A stretch of DNA of 55,760 nt from Nanobdellota archaeon (GTDB taxonomy: Archaea; Nanobdellota; Nanobdellia; Woesearchaeales; SKGA01). A program made the position numbers and the translations under genes. Shown here one piece after another: positions 39,608 through 49,617 of the stretch (its first letter is position 1; each line of letters opens with the position of its first letter). The stretch lies in contig JBNJHD010000004.1 in assembly GCA_051819805.1 (NCBI GenBank), positions 1 to 55,760 of the forward strand, written 5' to 3'. The notes beneath the pieces were generated by a model. It did not search any database. It worked only from the letters and a program-made list of their open reading frames with translations, and was not told where the DNA came from.

Positions 39608-42600
39608 TTAGTCAAACGAATAATCGGATAAAGTGCCTTTTGCAGTAGATTTACTTCTAGTCGTATCAGGATCAAGATAATCAGCAGGTGCTCTGCTACC
39701 AGTATCAAAAGCACTAACACCAGTAGAATCAACTTTTAAAGGTCGGCAAAATGTATCCTCAAGGTTAGATTTTCCAGGAGGAAATGGTCTATCGAATTCC
39801 GCGCAAATCTGATTATATGTCGTGTTAGCTTTGAAGGCTTCTTGGATTCTCAATATGGAATGGAAAGGCAAAGTTATCTTGTCAGAATCTTCACTGGAGA
39901 AGTATTTACGGTTTTCTCCATCAAGATAGAGTTCGAAGGTGATGTCTTCAACATTTTCGTTAGCAGGAACAACATTTCCTGCGTGGAAAACAATAGTATA
40001 GACGTATTTTGAGTTGAACTTTTCAGCAGTCTCATCATCTAATTTAAATCCTTCCCCTGCCATTGTCAGTACAGGCATACACATCCCTCCTTCGCATTGA
40101 ACAACCGATCCTGAACCTTCTTCTTCAACTCCAGATGTCATCCTGCCAAAATTACATACTTTACTCGACCAAGTTTCCATATCCAGATTTTCTGAAATCC
40201 ATTCACTTGCACCAGGGAATATATTAGATAATGATATGAATTCATCGATATTAGTATTGTCAATGAGAACCGAGACTCCTACATCAACTGCCCAGTTGAT
40301 AGTCTCTTGCACAGCATCATCATTTTCCTTTTTATTCGCTTCCCACTCATTACAAATTCCATCATCATTTTTTTCACAATATTTATCTATATCTTCAGAA
40401 TCGCTATTTTCAAGTTTCTCATCCCATTCTTCTTTATCTTTCTCATAATTCTCTCGAGCTTTCTTATCATTTTCATATTCTAATTCATAATCGGCATAAA
40501 TATCCGTATATTCAATAGGAACACCCTCAGAACGGGCCAAATCAAGGGATGGATCATTCAATGCCATAGATTCAGCATAATCTGAAGCACCCTGATAATT
40601 CTCAAAATCAATATGAGAACTTTCTTCATAATCAGTCATTGAAACAGGTTTATCATATACTTTCTCAAGTAACCCTTCAGGGATTTCAGGTCCTTCAAGC
40701 GCGTTGATGTTGAATGTATATTCTGATTCTTGGCTTATATCAGTTACATAATCAAGAATTCCTGAAATGTCGGAAACCTTTTCATATTCTTTTGCTTCTT
40801 CCACACAACCATCAGGATCCTCTTGTATATCGCAAGTTGCGTATGAACAACGTGCAGAAGCAGTATCAAAATTGAAATTATATGTTGATTGTGTCATTCC
40901 TTCTTCAAGATTTTTTATCTCACCGAACGCTTTTGGAATACGACAAACAAGAATATCAATCCAATCCATGAAATCACCAGAGAACTCTTTGCCTTGTTGA
41001 GAATTACAATAAAAATTATCAAGAACTGCCGATAATAGATTAGGAACGATGTTTTGTAGCATTGCATCAATATTATCCATCAGATTAGATAATATTCTTG
41101 TCGGACCGAACAATTCGACAAGTTCATCAACAACTGCTGTACAAACGTATCTACCATGCATCATTTCACAGGTTGAAATAGATAATCCCATTGATGCTTG
41201 TTGTTTCATACAAATGAGTTTTCCACAAAGCATAGATATGTATTCTGCATAGTGATGGATCATCCCTGGCAAACATAATGTAATAACCGATGAGATGAAA
41301 CTTTCCTCAGGATTCAATGTGAGAACATTTTGAGTCGCTTGCGAACCAAGATCTTGTAATGCTCCACCAACACCATCTTTTTCTGTGCCAGAAGAATCAA
41401 AAGAGATGAAATCATTCACTGAATCAGTCCATTCCCCACTAACATCAGGCATATCACACTTAGCAAGATAGCAACTAGCTTCCATCAATTTTTGTAAGTA
41501 ATTACTTGTTTTTGATGAAGAGATGTCATCAAGAGTATCTTGAACCACACCAAATAATTCTTTAATAACTTTACCAATACTTTGTGTCTGAGGAATTTCT
41601 TCTACAGCCTTACCAACACCTGTTCCAGAAGCAGAAACTCCTTTTGCTGTTTTGATCATCTCATTAAGTTCACACAACATTTGAGCATAACTATGGTATT
41701 CTTTTATAACTTCCAGAGAATCAGCATGACTTTCAAGAGAATCTTCAAGCTCACGGATTTTCTCTGCATAGCGTTCACCAGGTGCAAGGTCGCCTAGGGC
41801 GGAATTCTTGAATTTCAAAGGAATAGCGACTTGGAATTCAGTAGGATTCTGATATACTGTATTAGAGTTCTTATCCCTCACATATGAGGAAACATTACAA
41901 TAGATTGTTGCAGCGTCAGGCAGATAATTAGAATTATCAGAAAATAATATGTCAATTGCATTATCGTTTCGTTCAGGAGTATTTCGAGGATAGTGGTTTC
42001 GTATAATAAAATCATCAAATAACAGTGCAGACACTCGCGATCCATTAGGATACTCCATAATGCAATTTTTCTGGATGGAACTGGATAATACTTCAATATC
42101 ATAACCACCAAACCCTGTATTTATCTGGCGAGTGTAGGTGGCGAATAAGGGAAAGTGAAACCGAGGAGTCGCATCTTGTGCCAGACCTAAAGCTATCCTG
42201 TTATACCCGTCAGGAGCTCCTGATTCTGCTTTCACGTCAGCAAAGAATTTAGGTGTCTCTTGAAGGTCAGCATCATTGACTTTATCAACATAGACTGTGT
42301 TTTTCATCATATACTCATGACCCACCCCATCAACGAACTCGAAAACGATCTCATGTTCTCCAGGAGCGATATCTCTCACTATCCAACTGCAATTATACGC
42401 ATCAACACCTGTCATCTCGGTGCAGGATCCTTTCACGGTCTGGTTTGATCCGATCAATGAGGAGAAATTAGCCTTTGCAGACACTCCAGTCTGATCTTCT
42501 GAAATCAGAACGTGCATCCTTATCGAGTCTCCTTGTTTAGGGTCAGGATATATTTGTGCGTTCGGATGGTTGATCGTGATGAGTGTTCCCACAGCACCAC

Positions 42601-43438
42601 CTGTTCCATTAGTGAATATAGTCTGGTTTCCAGGGTCGAATTCATCGCAGATGACGCTTCGATACAACTTTCCTTCCAAAGGATTCCTAGCATCATCACT
42701 GCTAGCAATACCACCGTAAGAACCTATGTTGAGATTGAGCGAGCTTCCACTGGTGCAATCAGTGCTGAAAATATAGCCGAAACACTGCGATCCGCTACAA
42801 TTCTTTACTTTATGAGCATAATCATCGCTTCCTAGCTTGAAGAAAATGTTCTTCCTGTCAAAAGTTCCAGTGTCATCTTCAATGTCGATGAACACTTTTG
42901 AGCGTTGATTTTTTCCGATATAACAAGTATCATCTTCACAGTAACCGGTTCTCAGATCAGTGACTTGCGGCCTAGTATTATCTACTTCAAATGTTTTGGT
43001 GAAATTCGTTTGGTTGGTTGTCCCATTGATCTTGACTTCTAAAGGAATCGTTATCGTGTCCGAGGTCAGACTCATGACCATATCTTCTTTGGTACAATTA
43101 TATTGATTGACTGTCACACCATCTTCAGCATACACCGCGTAACAATTGGAATCAAGAACTATTTCTTCATAGTCATACTTGTATTGCGGTTCGTTCGTGA
43201 GCGGTGAGAAGTCAGCAGTGATAGAATCCAAACTCTCGTTTTCGACCGGTACTGAGAATGAGATAGTCACCACTTGAGGTTTCTTATAGCTGATCGCTTG
43301 GAGTTCATCGCCAGCTACCGTGAAAGAGACATCTTCTATATCGACAGCTAGAGCTGGAGTTACCGAAAGAATGAGTATAGCAAGAAAGAGCCACACACCT
43401 CTGGATGATATATTCGCTTTCAACCTCACACCACACAA
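39608..43438 (-). CDS. Very large secreted Cys-rich acidic protein
   Basis: 1276-aa ORF; signal peptide (PALA|V); Ig-like N-terminal half; CLPG...C...C Cys-rich helical region; start uncertain. Confidence 0.8.
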   Translation of the reverse strand: MCGVRLKANISSRGVWLFLAILILSVTPALAVDIEDVSFTVAGDELQAISYKKPQVVTISFSVPVENESLDSITADFSPLTNEPQYKYDYEEIVLDSNCYAVYAEDGVTVNQYNCTKEDMVMSLTSDTITIPLEVKINGTTNQTNFTKTFEVDNTRPQVTDLRTGYCEDDTCYIGKNQRSKVFIDIEDDTGTFDRKNIFFKLGSDDYAHKVKNCSGSQCFGYIFSTDCTSGSSLNLNIGSYGGIASSDDARNPLEGKLYRSVICDEFDPGNQTIFTNGTGGAVGTLITINHPNAQIYPDPKQGDSIRMHVLISEDQTGVSAKANFSSLIGSNQTVKGSCTEMTGVDAYNCSWIVRDIAPGEHEIVFEFVDGVGHEYMMKNTVYVDKVNDADLQETPKFFADVKAESGAPDGYNRIALGLAQDATPRFHFPLFATYTRQINTGFGGYDIEVLSSSIQKNCIMEYPNGSRVSALLFDDFIIRNHYPRNTPERNDNAIDILFSDNSNYLPDAATIYCNVSSYVRDKNSNTVYQNPTEFQVAIPLKFKNSALGDLAPGERYAEKIRELEDSLESHADSLEVIKEYHSYAQMLCELNEMIKTAKGVSASGTGVGKAVEEIPQTQSIGKVIKELFGVVQDTLDDISSSKTSNYLQKLMEASCYLAKCDMPDVSGEWTDSVNDFISFDSSGTEKDGVGGALQDLGSQATQNVLTLNPEESFISSVITLCLPGMIHHYAEYISMLCGKLICMKQQASMGLSISTCEMMHGRYVCTAVVDELVELFGPTRILSNLMDNIDAMLQNIVPNLLSAVLDNFYCNSQQGKEFSGDFMDWIDILVCRIPKAFGEIKNLEEGMTQSTYNFNFDTASARCSYATCDIQEDPDGCVEEAKEYEKVSDISGILDYVTDISQESEYTFNINALEGPEIPEGLLEKVYDKPVSMTDYEESSHIDFENYQGASDYAESMALNDPSLDLARSEGVPIEYTDIYADYELEYENDKKARENYEKDKEEWDEKLENSDSEDIDKYCEKNDDGICNEWEANKKENDDAVQETINWAVDVGVSVLIDNTNIDEFISLSNIFPGASEWISENLDMETWSSKVCNFGRMTSGVEEEGSGSVVQCEGGMCMPVLTMAGEGFKLDDETAEKFNSKYVYTIVFHAGNVVPANENVEDITFELYLDGENRKYFSSEDSDKITLPFHSILRIQEAFKANTTYNQICAEFDRPFPPGKSNLEDTFCRPLKVDSTGVSAFDTGSRAPADYLDPDTTRSKSTAKGTLSDYSFD

Positions 43439-43500
43439 TAATACACTATAGTATATAGCTATCTTCCACCGGAGATACTTTATAAAGATTTCGTTAGGAT

Positions 43501-43663
43501 GACTCTGTCCATAAAGGAATACTTTTGTATACTAAACAAAAAAATCGAATTTACGTTTGCTCTATAAATGAAAGAAAAACCTCTCAACGAGAGGTTTTGG
43601 GGAGGTGTGGGGCGAACATGGTAATATGCAAACGGTTCACATATGGTCATTCTGGACAGAACC
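43501..43663. mobile_element. MITE copy 2 (163 bp)
   Basis: 4 substitutions relative to copy 1; 8-bp TSD GTTAGGAT at 43493-43500 and 43664-43671. Confidence 0.92.
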
Positions 43664-43730
43664 GTTAGGATCCTAACGAGAAGCGGATATCATAACTCTT
43701 ATATGTGAATCTTTCTTCCTTACAATTAGA

Positions 43731-44414
43731 ATGGACGTTATGTTTGTAGAAGCGAAACACCCTGTCAGGATCGAACTACCAGAAATTCTTCTTGAGAAAC
43801 TACCTCGGGAAGTCACTCTGTTCACGACAATCCAATTCATCGATAATCTTGATTCTATGAAAACGCAGCTCGAAAAGGCAGGAATAACCACTCACATCGT
43901 GAAGACTCGACGAACGTCTAGGAAAGGCCAGATTCTCGGATGCTCGACGACCACTACTCTAGAGACTGATGCCTTGTATGTCGGCGATGGCGAGTTCCAC
44001 CCGAAAGCTCTTCTCATACGAAATGACAAGATAATCTATACATATGATCCTAAATCCTTAAAACAGAGAGTCTTCACAAAGGATGATGTCAAGACTATTC
44101 TCAAGCGACTCAGAGGAGCGTATGCGAAATTTCTTTCCAGCGAGAACATAGGTATCATGGTCTCTACGAAGTATGGCCAGAACAAACAGCGATTCACAGC
44201 GTATCTCAAAGAACGGTTCCCTGATAAGAAGTGGTATGTGTTTGCGGACAACACATTTGATTTCTCATCATTGCAGGATTTTCCATTCATAGACATGTAT
44301 GTTAACACCTCATGTGAGCGCATAGGACTGGATGATATGACATCTAGAGAGATTCCCATCATCAATGCAGAAGATCTTATCGATCTTACCGACGGAAGAT
44401 TCGATACTGTGTGA
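43731..44414 (+). CDS. dph2: Diphthamide biosynthesis protein Dph2 (short form)
   Basis: TTIQF, GQILGC, YVGDGEFHP, GIMVSTKYGQ, VNTSCERI. Confidence 0.85.
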   Translation: MDVMFVEAKHPVRIELPEILLEKLPREVTLFTTIQFIDNLDSMKTQLEKAGITTHIVKTRRTSRKGQILGCSTTTTLETDALYVGDGEFHPKALLIRNDKIIYTYDPKSLKQRVFTKDDVKTILKRLRGAYAKFLSSENIGIMVSTKYGQNKQRFTAYLKERFPDKKWYVFADNTFDFSSLQDFPFIDMYVNTSCERIGLDDMTSREIPIINAEDLIDLTDGRFDTV

Positions 44415-44608
44415 ACAAGCAAAAAATAGCATCTTAACATCACTTCAAGAGAGAGTTTATAAAACAACAAGCAATTCTAATCAGATAACTCAATAACTCG
44501 CAATTCATCAATAAGTAACTACTTTGAAACACCACTTAATAGAAGCAAAAGTTTTATATATTGTTTACGCATCACACAACAAATACCTACAGGGTGACGG
44601 TGGATTTC

Positions 44609-45550
44609 ATGGAATCATGGTATAAAAAACTCGGATATTATCAAAACCCATTTCTCATCAATCCGATGAAAGAATCAAATGCATTCATAGGACAACAACA
44701 ACATCTCAACGATGCGTTGTATTATATTACTGCAGGGTCCCTTCTAGTCATTGAAGGAGAATCAGGTAGTGGTAAGACACGATTCTTAAGAAAGATAATT
44801 GATGATTTCAAAGGAAGGATAATTTATGTCAATGCGAGAAAACTGACCAAGACGCTTGACATGGAAGAGCTACTCAGAAAAAAGAACGGTCTCTCAGGAA
44901 AACTATTAGGAAACAAGCCGAAAGGAATGATTCTTCTCATCGATAATGCCGAAGAATTATCCGAAGTGAATATTGAGCGTCTCAAGCACTATTTCGATCA
45001 AGGATATCTCCAATCAATAGTGTTCACGACAACAAAGATGAGCGAGTGCGCATTCTCTGACAGCATGTACAATCGTATCGGACGACGAGTCATTCGCATT
45101 GACAAGCTGGATGAAAACACTGCTATCGACATAGCGTTCGAACGCCTTGACGAAGATAAGGATGATGAAGATGCGCTTATCAGCCCTAAAATCGTCAAAG
45201 AAATCTTCAAGAAGTCAGATAAGAATATGAAACGATTCCTTATCAACCTCCACAGGGTTTTCGAGAAAATGTTTGAAGATGACAAGGAGACTGTAGAAGA
45301 GAAACATATCAAGATTATTGATACTAAACTCAGCAATAAAGAACAAGAAGAGCTCGAAACAAATATTTCTACTGAGAAAACGACTGTTGAGAAAGAACTC
45401 TTTGATGAACACGGCAATAAAATCGTGAAAGTCGGCAAGTATTACCGACGACCAGCACATGAAATGTTCTGCAGCAACTGCGGCGCAATCGTCTCTGAAG
45501 ACGATAACGAGTGTCCGGAATGTCATGCAGAGTTCGAAGAGGAGAAATGA
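44609..45550 (+). CDS. P-loop AAA-type ATPase with C-terminal double zinc ribbon
   Basis: Walker A GESGSGKT, Walker B LLIDNAE, CSNCG...CPEC. Confidence 0.85.
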   Translation: MESWYKKLGYYQNPFLINPMKESNAFIGQQQHLNDALYYITAGSLLVIEGESGSGKTRFLRKIIDDFKGRIIYVNARKLTKTLDMEELLRKKNGLSGKLLGNKPKGMILLIDNAEELSEVNIERLKHYFDQGYLQSIVFTTTKMSECAFSDSMYNRIGRRVIRIDKLDENTAIDIAFERLDEDKDDEDALISPKIVKEIFKKSDKNMKRFLINLHRVFEKMFEDDKETVEEKHIKIIDTKLSNKEQEELETNISTEKTTVEKELFDEHGNKIVKVGKYYRRPAHEMFCSNCGAIVSEDDNECPECHAEFEEEK

Positions 45551-45592
45551 ACGTTTCAGCAACGCAATCAGAAATCACAGGTGAAAATCATT

Positions 45593-46312
45593 ATGGCACA
45601 TCAGAAGACATGGTTCGAAAGGTTAGACTACACATACAATCCGTTCACGATCAAACCAGGATTTTTCGATGATGAAGTTATCGGCTACGATAAAGAGATC
45701 GATAGCATTATCAAGATGATCAATGATGGTGAGATAATCTATCTCGAAGGTGATTTCGGTCAGGGAAAAACAACGATTCTCACATATATCATCAATGAAT
45801 TCTCAGGAAAGAACAAGATCGCACGCATCCACCGAAGCAGGAAAGATCGTGCATTCAACTACGAGAAACTACTTATCGGCGCTAATGGAGCTTTAAAAAA
45901 ATCGTTCGGTGTCAAAGCGAAGAATGTCATCCTTATTGTCGATGAAGCTAACACGATGAACGCTAAAGATTGCTCCAAAATCGAAAAATACTATGAAGAT
46001 GGACATTTCAAAGCAGTCTTATTCATGGATAGCGCATTTGCTGATAGTCCTATAAGCGAATCTCTCAAGGAAAAGATAGGAGAAAATATCATTTCTCTCA
46101 AGAAACTCTCACAAAATGATGCTATCGCTCTTGTCAGGAGTCGTCTGGAAGGCGGTGAAGAGCTTGTTTCTGACGACGCGATCAAAAAAGTCTATGAAAA
46201 GTCATTCAAGAATACGAGACGGTTCCTTGAAAATATGGAAGATGTTTGTAGGAACGCTGTTGAGAATGATAGGGACTCAGTGACTGAAAAAGACATCACA
46301 GTCATTTCTTGA
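45593..46312 (+). CDS. P-loop AAA-type ATPase, paralogue of the upstream gene
   Basis: Walker A GDFGQGKT, Walker B LIVDEA; shared W...L.Y..NPF.I.P N-terminus. Confidence 0.85.
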   Translation: MAHQKTWFERLDYTYNPFTIKPGFFDDEVIGYDKEIDSIIKMINDGEIIYLEGDFGQGKTTILTYIINEFSGKNKIARIHRSRKDRAFNYEKLLIGANGALKKSFGVKAKNVILIVDEANTMNAKDCSKIEKYYEDGHFKAVLFMDSAFADSPISESLKEKIGENIISLKKLSQNDAIALVRSRLEGGEELVSDDAIKKVYEKSFKNTRRFLENMEDVCRNAVENDRDSVTEKDITVIS

Positions 46313-46398
46313 ACACTTTTTTTTAATTGAACATTTTTGTTCAGTTATTGTTTTCTCTCAACAATATTTATAAATCGTCATATCATTTCTAACTACAC

Positions 46399-46845
46399 AT
46401 GACCTTCGCTGGCGATCCGGAATATGACGATTGTGCTGTTGTCGGCTTTGTTGAGAAAGTGAGTTGTCTCATCGAAAAAGGAGAACGGATCGTGGAGGCA
46501 AGGATCGATACTGGAGCGACAAAAAGCTCCATTGATGCTTCTCTTGTTGAAGAACTCAATATAGGTCCTGTTGTTGGAGAACGCATCATTCGCAATGCTC
46601 ATGGATCAGAACGTCGCAAGATCGTTCGTGTCAAGATCCGTATTGCGGGCAAGACAATCAATGCAAAGTTCACGATCGCCAACAGGTCACGACTCCGTTA
46701 TCCAATGCTCATCGGACGAAACGTGCTTCGTAAAGGATTCCTTATAGATCCTAATAAGAAAAATGAAACCAAACCCAAAGATCAAACTGATTTATCACAA
46801 CATTTCACAAATTCAAAAAAACAGAAAAATAACATTCAGTTTTAA
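46399..46845 (+). CDS. RimK-associated retropepsin-like protease (DUF785-like)
   Basis: ARIDTGA..SSID, E.R, FTIANR..LRYPMLIGRN. Confidence 0.88.
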   Translation: MTFAGDPEYDDCAVVGFVEKVSCLIEKGERIVEARIDTGATKSSIDASLVEELNIGPVVGERIIRNAHGSERRKIVRVKIRIAGKTINAKFTIANRSRLRYPMLIGRNVLRKGFLIDPNKKNETKPKDQTDLSQHFTNSKKQKNNIQF

Positions 46846-46863
46846 CCACAAGGGGTGGAAACA

Positions 46864-47967
46864 ATGAAAGCAGCAGTAGTAAGTCTTGGCAGCGTGTCAA
46901 GCCAATGGACTATCGAATCAATGAAGAATTACTTCGACAGTGTCGATAATATAAACATCAAATATATTGAGATTACATTCAGCGGAGAAAAAGCAGAAAT
47001 CCTCTACAAAGGAAAACCACTTCCACAATATGATTGTATTTTCGCCAAAGGATCATTCCGATATGCTAATGTCCTCAAAACACTTACAGTACTTACCGGT
47101 AACCAGTGCTATATGCCTATTGAACATCATGCATTCACCATCGCTCACGATAAGCTCTTGACACAGCTTGAACTTCAAAAGAACAATATCCCTATGCCGG
47201 CCACATACATGGCATCCACTATCGGCGCTGCACGTTCCATTCTTGAACGATTGAATTATCCTATCGTGATGAAGTTCCCTCAAGGGACTCAAGGTAAAGG
47301 AGTGTTATTCGCTGATTCCTTTGCTTCAGCATCCTCGATCCTTGATGCATTGTCTTCTCTCAGGCAGCCATTCGTCATTCAGGAATATGTAGAGACAGGT
47401 GGCACTGATATAAGGGCATTTGTTGTTGGCGACAAGGTCGTTGCTGCTTTCGAGCGTAAAGCGACTGTGAAAGAAAAACGAGCTAATGTGCACACTGGTG
47501 GTACCGGTGAAGCCATCGATCTTGATGATCAGACGAAGCGACTCGCTATCAATGCTGCTAAAGCCATCGGTGCAGAGATTTGCGGCGTTGATATTCTCAT
47601 GAGCCATAAAGGCCCTCTTGTTATCGAGATCAACATTAGCCCAGGTCTTCAAGGAATAACTAAATATTCAGGTATTGATGTTTCCACCAAGATCGCTCAG
47701 TTCTTATACAATAAGACGAAAGATCGTCATGAAAAAGAGCACAAACAGACTGCTGACGAGATTCTAGCCAGTATAGATAAGGTTGATCAGGATGATGACG
47801 AGGAGAGTCTCATCACATCTCTTGATTTCAGAGGTTCGAGAGTGCTTCTTCCAGAAGTCGTGACGAAATCTGCCAATCTGAAGGATAATGATAATTACAT
47901 CTTCATCGCAAAGAACGGCGAAGTCAAGATTACACGTTTCGATATTGGCGGTGAAGAATCCGAATAG
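46864..47967 (+). CDS. rimK: RimK family ATP-grasp alpha-L-glutamate ligase with C-terminal extension
   Basis: DKL.T, GTQGKGV, IQEYV, DIRAFVVG, RANVHTGG, GVDI, EIN.SPG. Confidence 0.88.
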   Translation: MKAAVVSLGSVSSQWTIESMKNYFDSVDNINIKYIEITFSGEKAEILYKGKPLPQYDCIFAKGSFRYANVLKTLTVLTGNQCYMPIEHHAFTIAHDKLLTQLELQKNNIPMPATYMASTIGAARSILERLNYPIVMKFPQGTQGKGVLFADSFASASSILDALSSLRQPFVIQEYVETGGTDIRAFVVGDKVVAAFERKATVKEKRANVHTGGTGEAIDLDDQTKRLAINAAKAIGAEICGVDILMSHKGPLVIEINISPGLQGITKYSGIDVSTKIAQFLYNKTKDRHEKEHKQTADEILASIDKVDQDDDEESLITSLDFRGSRVLLPEVVTKSANLKDNDNYIFIAKNGEVKITRFDIGGEESE

Positions 47968-48126
47968 GCAATTTGCCAAATTCAGAAGAGTTCGTCAACA
48001 TAACAAAGTATAGATATTATGCTCGACAGAAATTTGTTGAGTACGACAAAAAAAGGATTCACAGTGAAAAGAAGCTAAAGCAAAACAATACAGACCAGTA
48101 AAAAAACAAAAAAGAGAAGAAAAAGA

Positions 48127-48783
48127 TCAGTCTTCTTTTTTAGCAGAAGAAGAGTTTCCAGCGTTCCGAGAACCACTCGTAGAAGACTCTTCGGCAGACT
48201 TCTTGGAAGTTGTTGATTTCTTTGTTGAAGTCTTCTTGCTGCTAGCAGTCTTCTTTGAAGAAGTTTGCTTAGTGGAACTCTGCTTTTCAGTTGCTGCTTT
48301 TGTTGTTGTTTTCTTAACAACTCCTTTCCCAGCATCCTGTGAAGCAGAAGGCTGACCCTGTGTAGCTGATTTCTGATCCTCTTCCTGCTTAGCAGGCTCC
48401 TTATCTTCTTCTTGTTTAGGACCGCCTTTCGCATCTTGAACCTTCTGCTTGAGCTTTTCCTGCATGCTTGCGTTCTTATCAGGAGTTTTCTCCTTTATCT
48501 TGAAATCAACATATGCATATCCTTCAAGTTCTGCTTTGACAACTCCATCTTTATCTTTTGTTGCTGTAACAGTTACTCGTGCAGGAGGATTCTTTATTCC
48601 ATGAACCCATAGTTTCTCGTTCAGTTTAGGTCCGATCTTGACGTCGTCAGACTTCATGTGTCGTTCAAGGAACGCACGCACAGTCTTGACAGCGCGTTTT
48701 GCTCGTTTGTATCGCGGAACATCAACGAATCTCTTTCGTAGAGGAATCGTGTATGTTCGTGTGAGATTAGTAGTATCTGCCAT
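48127..48783 (-). CDS. rpl31e: 50S ribosomal protein eL31 with long K/S/T-rich tail
   Basis: [31 protein letters not shown]. Confidence 0.93.
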   Translation of the reverse strand: MADTTNLTRTYTIPLRKRFVDVPRYKRAKRAVKTVRAFLERHMKSDDVKIGPKLNEKLWVHGIKNPPARVTVTATKDKDGVVKAELEGYAYVDFKIKEKTPDKNASMQEKLKQKVQDAKGGPKQEEDKEPAKQEEDQKSATQGQPSASQDAGKGVVKKTTTKAATEKQSSTKQTSSKKTASSKKTSTKKSTTSKKSAEESSTSGSRNAGNSSSAKKED

Positions 48784-48803
48784 ATCATTCAACCCCTGTC
48801 GCT

Positions 48804-48977
48804 TTATGCTTTAATCTTAGTGCGTCGCCATGATCGCTTGACTTCTGTATGGCGTCCAGGATGGATTTTCTTGTTTGCTCCGTAGATTTTTGGAATAGTC
48901 CAGAATGGAGCCCACCTGGTTTGTCGTCCGTGCTTTGCAAGCCGTTTCTTTTTGGATGGATGTGTGTAACGTGCCAT
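48804..48977 (-). CDS. rpl39e: 50S ribosomal protein eL39 (57 aa; not in the ORF track)
   Basis: [26 protein letters not shown]...[11 protein letters not shown]; TGATG overlap with rps19e, upstream of rpl31e. Confidence 0.88.
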   Translation of the reverse strand: MARYTHPSKKKRLAKHGRQTRWAPFWTIPKIYGANKKIHPGRHTEVKRSWRRTKIKA

Positions 48978-49408
48978 CAATTATCACCTGCCGGAGTTTT
49001 TGATACGTTCTTGGCAGCTTTCGCGAGAAGGGAAGTTCCTTTAGGAGTCGCCATACGTCCTTTGTGAACGCCAATAGCTTCCTGCTTGATAAGCTCGTTT
49101 GATTCAAGCTGCTGAAGTATTGTCCGGATAATCTTTCCGGAAGCTCGCGCGAACCTGTCCGGACGGAATCCTCTGTTCTGACGTCCTCCATAACGTGTCC
49201 GTAGCTTGCTCACACCTACAGGTCCTCGCTTATAGCAGGTCCGTAGGATTGATGCTGCTCGGATGTACCACCAGTCAGGATTCTTAGGATGCGTTTCCCG
49301 ATGAATTCCTGTCTTGACGAATCGTGCCCATTCAGGCATCTCGATCATTCCTTTCAGCTCTTCGGCTACTGCCAGAACGAGCTTCTCTTGAGATACTTGG
49401 TATATCAT
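48977..49408 (-). CDS. rps19e: 30S ribosomal protein eS19
   Basis: PEWARFVKTG, DWWYIRAASILR, GPVGV..L...YGG, IIR.ILQQLE. Confidence 0.96.
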   Translation of the reverse strand: MIYQVSQEKLVLAVAEELKGMIEMPEWARFVKTGIHRETHPKNPDWWYIRAASILRTCYKRGPVGVSKLRTRYGGRQNRGFRPDRFARASGKIIRTILQQLESNELIKQEAIGVHKGRMATPKGTSLLAKAAKNVSKTPAGDN

Positions 49409-49439
49409 CTGTTATCACCGTTTTTCCAAACGTATTTAC

Positions 49440-49497
49440 CCGGATGTCTTTTTTCAAGCGATTGAGGAAGTATTCCTGTCGCTTATTGATCACCCAG
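49440..49497 (-). promoter_or_regulatory. Candidate structured leader of the rps19e-rpl39e-rpl31e operon
   Basis: On the minus strand: CUGGGUG/CAUCCGG (two G-U pairs) enclosing AAGCGA-AGGAA/UUCCU-UCGCUU; TTTATAAA box at ~49549. Confidence 0.45.
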
Positions 49498-49617
49498 AAA
49501 CCAACGCAATAATAACTATCACGTCACAAGTTCGCAAATCCACTCCCCTTTATAAATATTGTTGCTCGATAACGAGGAAGGACGAGAGAATAAGTTAAAA
49601 ATAAAACCTGTTTTTGC

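Noticed and set aside
48817-49191. 124-aa ORF from the track
   Set aside because: Alternative frame over rps19e and rpl39e; the real small gene is 48804-48977.
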